Assembly: GCA_038087875.1 (NCBI GenBank) | Contig: JAXLNO010000329.1 | Span: 1-64,000, forward strand | Direction: 5' to 3' | From: Malacoraja senta | Taxonomy: Eukaryota | DNA: 64,000 bases | Shown here: positions 29,101 to 41,828 of the stretch, in pieces | Layout: every line of letters begins with the position of its first letter | How positions within the stretch are numbered: the first letter of the stretch is position 1 | Notes under the pieces: generated by a model | What the model was told of the DNA's origin: nothing | The model's input: the letters and a program-made list of their open reading frames with translations, nothing else | Database searches by the model: none | Translations under genes and position numbers: made by a program

Positions 29101-32100
29101 TTGACTCAGACCCTTTGACCATTTGACTCTGACCTATTGACCCTTTGACTCTGACCTTTTGATTCTGACTTGGACTGACCCTTTGACTGTCCCTTTGATT
29201 ATTTGACCCTTTGACTCTGAGCCTTTGACTCGGACCCTTTAAGCTTTTGACTCTGACACTTTGACCCTTTGACTGACCCTTTGATTGACCCTTTGACCCG
29301 TTGTCTGCCCCTTGACTGACCCTTTGACCCTTTTAAACTGACCCTTTGATTCTTACCCTTTGACTCTGACCCTTTGACTATCACCCTTTGACTTTGACCC
29401 TTTAACTCTTACCCTTTGACTGACCATTTGAATTTGACCCCTTGACTGACCCTTTGACTCCAACCCTTTGACTCTGAGTCTTTGAGTGACCCTTTGACTA
29501 ATCCTTTGACCTTGACCCTTTGACTCTGACCCTTTGACTGACCCTTTGACTATAACCCGTTGTCTCTGACCCGTTGACTGTCCCTTTGACCCTGGCACTT
29601 TGACCCTGACCCGTTCACCCTGACCCTTTACCTAACCCTTTGACTATTACCCTTTTACTCTGACCCTTTACCTCTGACCCTTTGACACTTTGACCCTTTG
29701 AGCCTAACCCTTTGACTCTGACCCGTTGACTCTTACCCTTTGACCCTTTGACTGACACTTTGACCGTGACCCTTTGACTGACCCTTTGACTCTGACCCTT
29801 TAACTCTTACCCTTTAACTCTGACACTTCGACTGACCCTTTGTTTCTGAACCTTTCACCCTGACCCGTTGACCCCACCCGTTGACCCATTGACTCTGACC
29901 CTTTGACACTGACACTTTGACTCTGACCCTTTGATTGGCCCTTTGACTCTGACACTTTGACTCTGACCATATGACCATGAGCCTTTGACCCTGACCCTTT
30001 GACTCACGCTTTGACCCTTTGAATCTGACCCTTTGACTCTGACCCTTTGACACTGACCCTTTGACCCTGACCCTTTGTCTCTGACCCGTTGACTTTGACC
30101 ATTTGAACATTTGATTCTGACCCTTTTACCCTTTGACGGACCCCTTAACTCTGACACTTTGTCTGTGACCCTTTGACTGACCCTTTGACTTTGAGCCTTT
30201 GACTCGGACCCTTTGATCTTTTAACTCTGACCCTTTGACTGACCCTTTCACTTTGACACTGACTGACCCTTTGACTGAACCCTTGACTGTGACCCTTTGA
30301 CTGAACCTTTGACTCTGACACTTTGACCTTTTGAATCTACCCCCCTTGACTGACCCTTTGATTGACCATTTGACCCTTTGACTGACCCTTTGACCGACCC
30401 TTTGACTATGACCCTTTGACTTGGACCCTTTGACTCTGACCCTTTGATCCTGTCCCTTTGACTCTGACCCTTTGACTCTGACCCGTTGACTCTGGCCCTT
30501 TGACTGACCCTTTGACCTTGACCCTTTGACTCTGACCCTTTGACTCTGACCCTTTGACTCTGACCCTTTGACCATTTGACTTTGACCCTTTGATTCAGAC
30601 CCTTTAAATCTGACCCTTTGAATGACCCTTTGTTTCTGAACCTTTGACCCTGAGCCGTTGACCTACCCGTTGTCCCATTGACTCTGACCCTTTGACCCTG
30701 ACCATTTGACTGACCCTTTGTATCTGACACTTTGACCCTTTGTCTCTGTCCTTTTGACTGACCCTTTGAATCTGACCCTTTGACTGACCCTTTGACCCTT
30801 TGGCTGACCCTTTGACTCTGACCCTTTGTGCCTGACACTTTGACCATTTGACTGACCCTTTGACTCTGACCCATTGACTCTGACCCTTTGAACATTTGAC
30901 TCTGAACCTTTGACCCTTTGACTCTGACCCTTTAACTGACCCTTTGACTATGACCCGTTGACTGATCCTTTGACCCTGGCCCTTTGACCCTGACCCATTG
31001 TCCATGACCCTTTGACTGAACCTTTGACCCTTTTACTCTTTGATCCTTTGACGCTGACCCTTTGATTTTGACCTTTTCACTCTGAATCTTTGACTCGGAC
31101 CCTTTGACTGACCCTTTGACTCTGACCCTTTGACCCTTTGACTCTGCCCCTTTGACTCTGCCCCTTTGACTTTGCCCCTTTGATTCTGACCCTTTGACTG
31201 ACCCTTTGAATATGACCCTTTGACTTTGACACTGACTCCGACTCTTTGACTGACCCTTTGAATTTGACCCTTTCACTTTGACCCTTTGACTGACCTTTGA
31301 CTCCGACCCTTTGACCTTGACGCTTTGCCTGGCCCTTTGACTCTGATTATTTGACCATTTGACTCTGACCTATTGATCCTTTGACACGGACCCTTTAATC
31401 TGAGCCTTTGACTGACCCTTTGACTATGATCCTTTGATTCTTTGACCCTTTGACTCTGAGCCTTGGACTCGGACCCTTTGACCTTTTGACTCTGGCCCTT
31501 TGACAATTTGACTCTGACCCTTCGACTCTTACCCTTTGACGCGTTGACTGACCCCTTGACCATTTGACTCTGACCCTTTGTCTCTGACGCTTTGACCCTT
31601 TGACGCTGACCCATTGACTCTGACTCTTTGACTGACCCTTTGATTCTGACCCTTTGACCCTTTGACTGACATTTTGACCCTGACCCTTTGTCCCTGACCC
31701 ATTGACCCTGAGCATTTGATTGTCCCTTTGATTCTGACCGTTTGACTCTTTGACCCTTTAACTCTGACCCTTTGACTTTGACCCTTCCACTCTGAACCTT
31801 TGACTGACCTTTTGACTGACCCTTTGACTCTGACCCCTTGACTGACGCATTGAGTCTGACACTTTGACTCTGCCGCTTTGACACCGACCTTGTCTCTGAC
31901 CCTTTGACTCTGACCCTTTGACTATGATCCTATGACTTTCACACTTTGACTGACCCTTTGACCGACCCTTTGTATTTGACCCTTTGACTTTGACCCTTTG
32001 ACCCTTACCCTTTGACTTTGACCCTTTGACTGACACTTTGACTGCCTTTGACTCCGACCCTTTGATCTTGACGCTTAGTCTCTGACCCTTCGAATCTGAC

Positions 32101-35100
32101 CCTTTGACTTTGACCCTTTGACTGACCCTTGGACTCCGACCTTTTGACCTTGACGCTTAGTCTCTGACCCTTTGACTCTTACCCTTTGACACTTTGACTG
32201 ACCCTTTGACTGACCCGTTGACCCTTTGATTCTGACCCTTTGACTCTGAACCTTTGACTGACCCTTTGACTATGACCCTTTGAATTTGACCCTTTGACTG
32301 ACCTTTTGAATTCGACCCTTTGACTTTTACACTTTGACTGACCCTTTGAATGCGATCCTTTGACCTTGACCCTTTGACCCGGAACCTTTGACTCTGACCC
32401 TTTGATTGACCCTTGGTCTCTGAACCTTTGACTCTGACCCTTTGATTCTGAACCGTTGACTATGACCCTTTGACCCTTTGACTTACTGTTTGACCTGGAC
32501 CCTTTCACCTTGACCCTTTGACCATTTGCCTCTGACCCTTTGACTGATCCTTTAACTTTGATCTTTTGACTGACCCTTTGAATTTAACCGTTTGACTGAC
32601 CCTTTGTCTGACGCTTTGACTCCGACCATTTGACCTTGACCCTTTAACTCTGTCCCTTTGACACTGACCCTTTGACCATTTGACTCTGACTCTGACTTTC
32701 TGTCTCTTTGACTCAGACCCTATGACCATTTGTCCCTGAACCTTTGACTCTGACCCTTTGACTCTGACCCTTGGTCTCTGAACCTTTGACCCTGACCCTT
32801 TGACCCTGGCCATTTGACCTAGACCCTGACCATTTGACTGACACTTTGACTCTGACCCTTTGACTCTGACCCTTTGACTCTGACCCTTTGACTCGGACCC
32901 TTTGACTTTGACACTGACTCTGACCCTTTGATTCTTTGACGCTTTCAATCTGAGACTTTGACTCGGACCCTTTGACTCTGCCCATTTGACTCTGACCCTT
33001 TGACCCTTTGACTGACCCCTTGACTGACCATTTGACTCAGACCCTTTAACCATTTGACTCTGACCTATTGACCGTTTGACTCTGACCTTTTAATTCTGGC
33101 CCTTGGACTGACCCTTTGACTCTGACCGTTTGATTATTTGACCCTTTGACTGTGAGCCTTTCACTCGGACCCTATATCCTTTTGACTGACACTTTAACCC
33201 TTTGACTCTGAACCATTGACTCTGACCCTTTTTACCCGTTGACTTCCCCTTGACTGACCCTTTGACTCTTTTACACTGACCCTTTGATTCTGACCCTTTG
33301 ACTCTGACCCTTTGACTATGATCCTTTGACTTTGACCGTTTGACTCTTACCCTTTGACTGACCGTTTGAATTTGACCCTATGACTGACCCTTTGACTCCG
33401 ACCCTTTGACCTTGACCCTTTGAATCTGACTCTTTGAGTGAACCTTTGAATAACCCTTTGACCTTTACCCTTTGACTGACCTTTAGACACTTTGACTGAC
33501 CCCTTGACTGACCATTTGACTCAGACCCTTTGACCATTTGACTCTGACCTAATGACCCTTTGACTGACCTTTTGATTCTGACTCTTTCTGACCCTTTGAC
33601 TGTCCCTTTGATTATTTGACCCTTTGACTCTGAGCCTTTAACCGTTTGACTCTGACACTTTGACCCTTTGACTGACCTTTTGACTCTGACCATTTGACTC
33701 TGACCCCTTGACTGACGCATTGAGTCTGACAATTTGACTGCCCCTTTGACACCGACCCTTTGACTCTGACCCTTTGACTCTGACCCTTTGACTATGATCC
33801 TATGACTTTGACACTTTGACTGACCCTTTGACCGACCCTTTGAATTTGACCCTTTGACTTTGACCCTTTGACACTGACCCTTTGACTTTGACTTTGACCC
33901 TTTGACTGACCCTTTGACTCCGACTCTTTGACATTGACGCTTAGTCTCTGACCCTTTGAATCTGACCCTTTGACCATTTGACTCTGACCTATTGACCTTT
34001 TGACTCTGACCCTTTAACTCTGACCCTTTGACTCTGACCCTTTGACTGACCCTTTGACTATGACCCTTTGAATTTGACCCTTTGACTAACCCTTTGAATT
34101 CGACCCTTTGACTTTTACACTTTGACTGACCATTTGAATGCGATCCTTTGACATTGACCCTTTGACTCGGACAATTTGACTCTGACCCTTTGACCATTTG
34201 ACACTGACTTTTTGACCATTTGTCTCTGATTCTTTGAATCGGACCCTATGTCCCTTTGACCCTGAACCTTTGACTCTGACCCTTTGACTGACCCTTGGTC
34301 TGAACCTTTGACTCTGACCCTTTGATTGACCAGTTGACTATGACCCTTTGACCCTTTGACTGACTGTTTGACCTTGACCCATTCACCTTGACCCTGACCA
34401 TTTGCCTCTGACCCTTTGACTGATCCTTTGATCTTTTGACTGACACTTTGAATTTAACCCTTTGACTGACCCTTTGTCTGACGCTTTGACTCCGACCATT
34501 TGACCTTGACCCTTTAACTCTGACCCTTTGACTCTGACCCTTTGACCATTTGACTCTGACTTTTTGTCTCTTTGACTCAGACCCTATGACCATTTGTCCC
34601 TGAACCTTTGACTCTGACCCGTTGACTCTGACCCTTGGTCTCTGAACCTTTGACCCTGACCCTTTGACCCTGGCCATTTGACACAGACCCATTGACCCTG
34701 ACCATTTGACTGACCCTTTGACACTGACCCTTTGACTCTGACCCTTTGACTCGGACCCTTTGACTTTGACACTGACTCTGACCCTTTGATTCTTTGACGC
34801 TTTCAATCTGAAACTTTAACTCGGACCCTTTGACTGCCCATTTGACTCTGACCCTTTGACCCTTTGACTGACCCCTTGACTGACCATTTGACTCAGACCC
34901 TTTGACCATTTGACTCTGACCTATTGACCGTTTGACTGACCTTTTAATTCTGACCCTTGGACTGACCTTTGACTCTGACCCTTTGATTATTTGACCCTTT
35001 GACTGTGAGCCTTTCACTCGGACCCTATAACATTTTGACTGACACTTTGACCCTTTGACTCTGAACCATTGACTCTGACACTTTTTACCCGTTGACTGCC

Positions 35101-38100
35101 CCTTGACTGACCCTTTGACCCTTTAACACTGACCCTTTGATTCTGACCCTTTGACTCTGACCCTTTGACTATGATCCTTTGACTTTGACCCTTTGACTCT
35201 TACCCTTTGACTGACCATTTGAATTTGACCCTTTGACTGACCCTTTGACTCCGACCCTTGGACCTTGACCCTTTGAATCTGACTCTTTGAGTGAACCATT
35301 GAATAACCCTTTGACTTTGACCTTTAGACACTTTGACTGACCCCTTGACTGACCATTTGACTCAGACCCTTTGACCATTTGACTCTGACCTATTGACCCT
35401 TTGACTCTGACCTTTTGATTCTGACTTGGACTGACCCTTTGACTGTCCCTTTGATTATTTGACCCTTTGACTCTGAGCCTTTGACTCGGACCCTTTAAGC
35501 TTTTGACTCTGACACGTTGACCCTTTAACTGACCCTTTGACTGACCCTTTGACCCGTTGTCTGCCCCTTGACTGACACTTTGACCCTTTTAAACTGACCC
35601 TTTGATTCTTACCCTTTGACTCTGACCCTTTGACTATGACCCTTTGACTTTGACCCTTTAACTCTTACCCTTTGACTGACCATTTGAATTTGACCCCTTG
35701 ACTGACCATTTGACTCCGACCCTTTGACTCTGAGTCTTTGACTGACCCTTTGACTAATCCTTTGACCTTGACCCTTTGACTCTGACCCTTTGACTCTGAC
35801 CCTTTGACTATAACCCGTTGTCTCTGACCCGTTGACTGTCCCTTTGACCCTGGCACTTTGACCCTGACCCGTTCACCCTGACCCTTTACCTAACCCGTTG
35901 ACTATTACCCTTTTACTCTGACCCTTTAACTCTGACCCTTTGACACTTTGACCCTTTGAGACTAACCCTTTGACTCTGACCCGTTGACTCTTACCCTTTG
36001 ACCCTTTGACTGACCCTTTGACCGTGACCCTTTGACTGACCCTTTGACTCTGACCCTTTAACTCTTACCCTTTAACTCTGACACTTCGACTGACCCTTTG
36101 TCTCTGAACCTTTCACCCTGACCCGTTGACCCCACCCGTTGACCCATTGACTCTGACCCTTTGACACTGACACTTTGACTCTGACCCTTTGATTGGCCCT
36201 TTGACTCTGACCCTTTGACTCTGACCCTATGACCATGAGCCTTTGACCCTGACCCTTTGACTCACGCTTTGATCCTTTGAATCTGACCCTTTGACTCTGA
36301 CCCTTTGACACTGACCCTTTGACCCTGACCCTTTGTCTCTGACCCGTTGACTTTGACCCTTTGAACATTTGATTCTGACCCTTTTACCCTTTGACGGACC
36401 CCTTAACTCTGACACTTTGTCTGTGACCCTTTGACTGACCCTTTGACTTTGAGCCTTTGACTCGGACCCTTTGATCTTTTAACTCTGACCCTTTGACTGA
36501 CCCTTTCACTTTGACACTGACTGACCCTTTGACTGAACCCTTGACTGTGACCCTTTGACTGAACCTTTGACTCTGACACTTTGACCTTTTGAATCTACCC
36601 CCCTTGACTGACCCTTTGACTGACCCTTTGTCCCTTTGACTGACCCTTTGACCGACCCTTTGACTATGACCCTTTGACTTTGACACTTTGACTCTGACCC
36701 TTTGATTCTGACCCTTTGACTGACCCTTTGACTATGACGCTTTGATTCTTTGACCCTTTGCCCCTGACCCTTTGAATCTGACCCGTTGACTCTGGCCCTT
36801 TGACTGATCCTTTGACCTTGACCCTTTGACTCTGACCCTTTGACTCTGACCCTTTGACCATTTGACTTTGACCCTTTGATTCAGACCCTTTAAATCTGAC
36901 CCTTTGAATGACCCTTTGTTTCTGAACCTTTGACCCTGAGCCGTTGACCTACCCGTTGTCCCATTGACTCTGATCCTTTGACCCTGACCATTTGACTGAC
37001 CCTTTGACTCTGGCACTTTGACCCTTTGTCTCTGTCCTTTTGACCCTGACCCTTTGACCCTGACCCTTTGACTGACCCTTTGTATCTGACCATTTGACCC
37101 TTGAATCTGACCCTTTGACTGACCCTTTGAATCTGACCCCTTGACTGACCCTTTGACCCTTTGGCTGACCTTTGACTCTGACCCTTTGTGCCTGACACTT
37201 TGACCATTTGACTGACCCTTTGACTCTGACCCATTGACTCTGACCCTTTGAACATTTGACTCTGACCTTTTGACCCTTTGACTCTGACCCTTTAACTGAC
37301 CCTTTGACTATGACCCGTTGACTCTGATCCTTTGACCCTGGCCCTTTGACCCTGACCCATTGTCCATGACCCTTTGACTGACCCTTTGACCCTTTTACTC
37401 TTTGATCCTTTGACGCTGACCCTTTGATTTTGACCTTTTCACTCTGACTCTTTGACTCGGACCCTTTGACTGACCCTTTGACTCTGACCCTTTGACCCTT
37501 TGACTCTGCCCCTTTGTCTCTGCCCCTTTGACTTTGCCCCTTTGATTCTGACCCTTTGACTGACCCTTTGAATATGACCCTTTGACTTTGACACTGACTC
37601 CGACTTTGACTGACCCTTTGAATTTGACCCTTTCACTTTGACCCTTTGACTGACCTTTGACTCCGACCCTTTGACCTTGACGCTTTGCCTCTGGCCCTTT
37701 GACTCTGATTATTTGACCATTTGACTGACCTATTGATCCTTTGACACTGACCCTTTATTCTGACCCTTTGACTGACCCTTTGACTCTGATCCTTTGATTC
37801 TTTGACCCTTTGACTGAGCCTTGGACTCGGACCCTTTGACCTTTTGACTCTGGCCCTTTGACAATTTGACTCTGACCCTTCGACTCTTACCCTTTGACGC
37901 GTTGACTGACCCCTTGACCATTTGACTCTGACCCTTTGTCTCTGACGCTTTGACCCTTTGACGCTGACCCAATGACTCTGACTCTTTGACTGACCCTTTG
38001 ATTCTGACCCTTTGACCCTTTGACTGACATTTTGACCCTGACCCTTTGTCCCTGGCCCATTGACCCTGAGCATTTGATTGTCCCTTTGATTCTGACCCTT

Positions 38101-41100
38101 TGACTCTTTGACCCTTTAACTCTGACCCTTTGACTTTGACCCTCCCACTCTGAACCTTTGACTGACCTTTTGACTGACCCTTTGACTCTGACCCCTTGAC
38201 TGACGCATTGAGTCTGACACTTTGACTCTGCCGCTTTGACACCGACCCTGTCTCTGACCCTTTGACTCTGACCATTTGACTATGATCCTATGACTTTGAC
38301 ACTTTGACTGACCCTTTGACCGACCCTTTGAATTTGACCCTTTGACTTTGACCCTTTGACCCTGACCCTTTGACCTTGACCCTTTGAATTTGACCCTTTG
38401 ACTCCGACCCTTTGATCTTGACGCTTAGTCTCTGACCCTTTGAATCTGACCCTTTGACTTTGACCCTTTGACTGACCCTTGGACTCCGACCTTTTGACCT
38501 TGACGCCTGGTCTCTGACCCTTTGACTCTTACCCTTTGACACTTTGACTGACCCTTTGACTGACCCGTTGACCCTTTGATTCTGACCCTTTGACTGAACC
38601 TTTGACTGACCCTTTGACTATGACCCTTTGAATTTGACCCTTTGACTGACCTTTTGAATTCGACCCGTTGACTTTTACACTTTGACTGACCCTTTGAATG
38701 CGATCCTTTGACCTTGACCCTTTGACCCGGAACCTTTGACTCTGACCCTTTGATTGACCCTTGGTCTCTGAACCTTTGACCCTGACCCTTTGATTCTGAA
38801 CCGTTGACTATGACCCTTTGACCCTTTGACTGACTGTTTGACATTGACCCTTTCACCTTGACCCTTTGACCATTTGCCTCTGACCCGTTGACTGATCCTT
38901 TAACTTTGATCTTTTGACTGACCCTTTGAATTTAACCGTTTGACTGACCCTTTGTCTGACGCTTTGTCTCCGACCATTTGACCTTGACCCTTTAACTCTG
39001 TCCCTTTGACTCTGACCCTTTGACCATTTGACTCTGACTCTGACTTTTTGTCTCTTTGACTCAGACCCTATGACCATTTGTCCCTGAACCTTTGACTCTG
39101 TCCCTTTGACTCTGACCCTTGGTCTCTGAACCTTTGACCCTGACCCTTTGACCCTGGCCATTTGACCTAGACCCATTGACCCTGACCATTTGACTGACCC
39201 TTTGACTCTGACCCTTTGACTCTGACCCTTTGACTCGGACCGTTTGACTTTGACACTGACTCTGACCCTTTGATTCTTTGACGCTTTCAATCTGAGACTT
39301 TGACTCGGACCCTTTGACTCTGCCCATTTGACTCTGACCCTTTGACCCTTTGACTAACCCCTTGACTGACCATTTGACTCAGACCCTTTGACCATTTGAC
39401 TCTGACCTATTGACCGTTTGACTCTGACCTTTTAATTCTGGCCCTTGGACTGACCCTTTGACTCTGACCGTTTGATTATTTGACCCTTTGACTGTGAGCC
39501 TTTCACTCGGACCCTATAACCTTTTGACTGACACTTTGACCCTTTGACTCTGAACCATTGACTCTGACCCTTTTTACCCGTTGACTGCCCCTTGACTGAC
39601 CCTTTGACTCTTTTACACTGACCCTTTGATTCTGACCCTTTGACTCTGACCCTTTGACTATGATCCTTTGACTTTGACCGTTTGACTCTTACCCTTTGAC
39701 TGACCATTTGAATTTGACCCTATGACTGACCCTTTGACTCCGACCCTTTGACCTTGACCCTTTGAATCTGACTCTTTGAGTGAACCTTTGAATAACCCTT
39801 TGACCTTTACCCTTTGACTCTGACCTTTAGACACTTTGACTGACCCCTTGACTGACCATTTGACTCAGACCCTTTGACCATTTGACTCTGACCTAATGAC
39901 CCTTTGACTCTGACCTTTTGATTCTGACTCTTTCTGACCCTTTGACTGTCCCTTTGATTATTTGACCCTTTGACTCTGAGCCTTTAACCTTTTGACTCTG
40001 ACACTTTGACCCTTTGACTGACCTTTTGACTCTGACCCTTTGACCCGTTGACTGCCCCTTGACTGCCCCTTTGACCCTTTTAAACTGACCCTTTGATTCT
40101 TACCCTTTGTCTGACCCTTTGACTATGACCCTTTGACCCTTTGACTCTTACCCTTTGACTGACCATTTGAATTTGACCCTTTGACTGAGCCTTTGGCTCC
40201 GACCCTTTGACTCTGACTCTTTGACTGACCCTTTGACTAACCCTTTGACCTTGACGCTTTGACTCGGACCCTTTGACTCTGACCCTTTGACTATAACCCG
40301 TTGTCTCTGACCCGTTGACTGTCCCTTTGACCCTGGCACTTTGAATGTCCCTTTGACTCTGACCCTTTGACCCTTTCACTGACCCTTTGACCCTTTGACC
40401 CTGACCCTTTGACTGACGCTTTGACCCTTTGAATCTGACCCTTTGACTATAACGCTTTGACACTTTGAGCCTTTGAGCCTAACCCTTTGACTCTGACCCG
40501 TTGACTCTTACCCTTTGACCCTTTGACTGACCCTTTGACCTTGACCCTTTGACTGACACTTTGACTCTGACCCTTTGACTCTGACCCATTGACTGACCCT
40601 TTAACTCCGACCCTTCGACTGACCCTTTGTTTCTGAACCTTTCACCCTGACCCGTTGTCCCCACCCGTTGACCCATTGACTCTGACCCTTTGACGCTGAC
40701 ACTTTGAATCTGACCCTTTGATTGACCCTTTGACTCTGACCCTTTGACTCTGACCCTATGACCCTGACCCTTTGAATGTCCCTTTGACTCTGATCCTTTG
40801 ACCCTTTCACTGACCCTTTGACCCTTTGACCCTGACCCTTTGACTGACGCTTTGACCCTTTGAATCTGACCCTTTGACTATGACCCTTTGACGCTGACCC
40901 TTTGACCATGACCCTTTCTCTGACCCGTTGACTTTGACCCTTTGAACATTTGATTCTGACCCTTTTACCCTTTGACTGACCCTTTAACTCTGACCCTTTG
41001 TCTCTGTGACCCTTTGACTGACCCTTTGACTGAGCCTTTGACTCGGACCCTTTGATCTTTTAACTCTGACCCTTTGACTGACCCTTTCACTTTGACACTG

Positions 41101-41250
41101 ACTGACCCTTTGATTGAACCCTTGACTGTGACCCTTTGACTGAACCTTTGACTCTGACCCTTTGACCCTTTGAATCTACCCCCTTTGACTGACCCTTTGA
41201 CTGACCCTTTGACTATGACCCTTTGACTTTGACCCTTTGACTCTGACCCT
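26150..41250. repeat. Higher-order repeat domain 2: ~6.3-kb tandem duplication (approx. 27410-33665 and 33666-40030) nested on an older ~4.4-kb duplication
   Basis: Landmark GAATGCGATCC at 27881, 32348, 34136 and 38696 (spacings 4467, 1788, 4560). Flanking variants pair 27881 with 34136 and 32348 with 38696. ORF pairs are offset by 6255-6360. Boundaries are approximate. Confidence 0.85.
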
Positions 41251-41468
41251 TTGTGTCTGACCCTTTGACTCTGACCCTTTGACTCTGACCCTTTGACTGA
41301 ACCTTTAAATTTGACACTTTGACTGACCCTTTGAATGACCCTTTGACTCCGACCCTTTCACCTTGACCATTTGACTGACCCTTTGAGCATTTGACTCTGA
41401 CCTTTTGACACTTTGACTCTGACTTTAACTTTGACCCTTTGACTCTGACCCTTTAACTTTGAACCTTT

Positions 41469-41828
41469 TTTAAAAATATATTTATTAGAAGCAAGCACAT
41501 ATCATAATAAAAACATTTCATGTATATCAGTCGTACATTATTAATATTATCAGTTGTGAATTGATTCTATCTAGTTGTTGTTTTTATAGATAGCGAGTAA
41601 GAGAGAAAGAAAAAAAACAAATGGCATGATGAAAAGGAATGGAATAATTTACTAATAATACATCATTGCAGATAGGTTCGTAAATTATAAAGTATAACTT
41701 TTCATCTAATCCTGAGTTCAAGCTTCAGTTAGGTTCCCGTGCTGAACCAATCTACCCCTTCAAATAGTCTATGAATGGAGACCATATTCCGACAAAAAGT
41801 ACTTGTTTGTTCATTAAGACGTCTAATC
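41469..41828 (-). mobile_element. 5'-truncated L1-clade LINE 3' end (ORF2 C-terminus, 3' UTR, poly(A) signal, short A tail)
   Basis: Non-satellite AT-rich insert flanked by the 12-bp direct repeat CTTTGAACCTTT (41457-41468 and 41829-41840). The minus strand has AATAAA (plus TTTATT, 41481-41486) just before an A-run and encodes ...NKQVLFVGIWSPFIDYLKG*, resembling the FxxIWxPFxxYL terminus of fish L1 ORF2 as I recall it. Confidence 0.75.
41752..41826 (-). pseudogene. L1 ORF2 extreme C-terminal remnant (24 codons + TAG)
   Basis: LDVLMNKQVLFVGIWSPFIDYLKG*. This is the only non-satellite part of ORF 41752..42486. Confidence 0.65.

Larger units (their letters stand above)
1..41468. repeat. Satellite DNA, TGACCCTT/TGACTC/TGAC word-based tandem array (segment 1)
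   Basis: Continuous degenerate tandem repeat read directly. The commonest unit is TGACCCTTTGACTC (14 bp), with TGACCCTTTGAC (12 bp) and TGACCCTT (8 bp) also frequent. The plus strand is C/T-rich and G-poor. Confidence 0.97.

Noticed and set aside
29625..29715. Interstitial telomere (TTAGGG)n
   Set aside because: Only isolated CCTAACCC variants of the satellite word; no tandem CCCTAA run.
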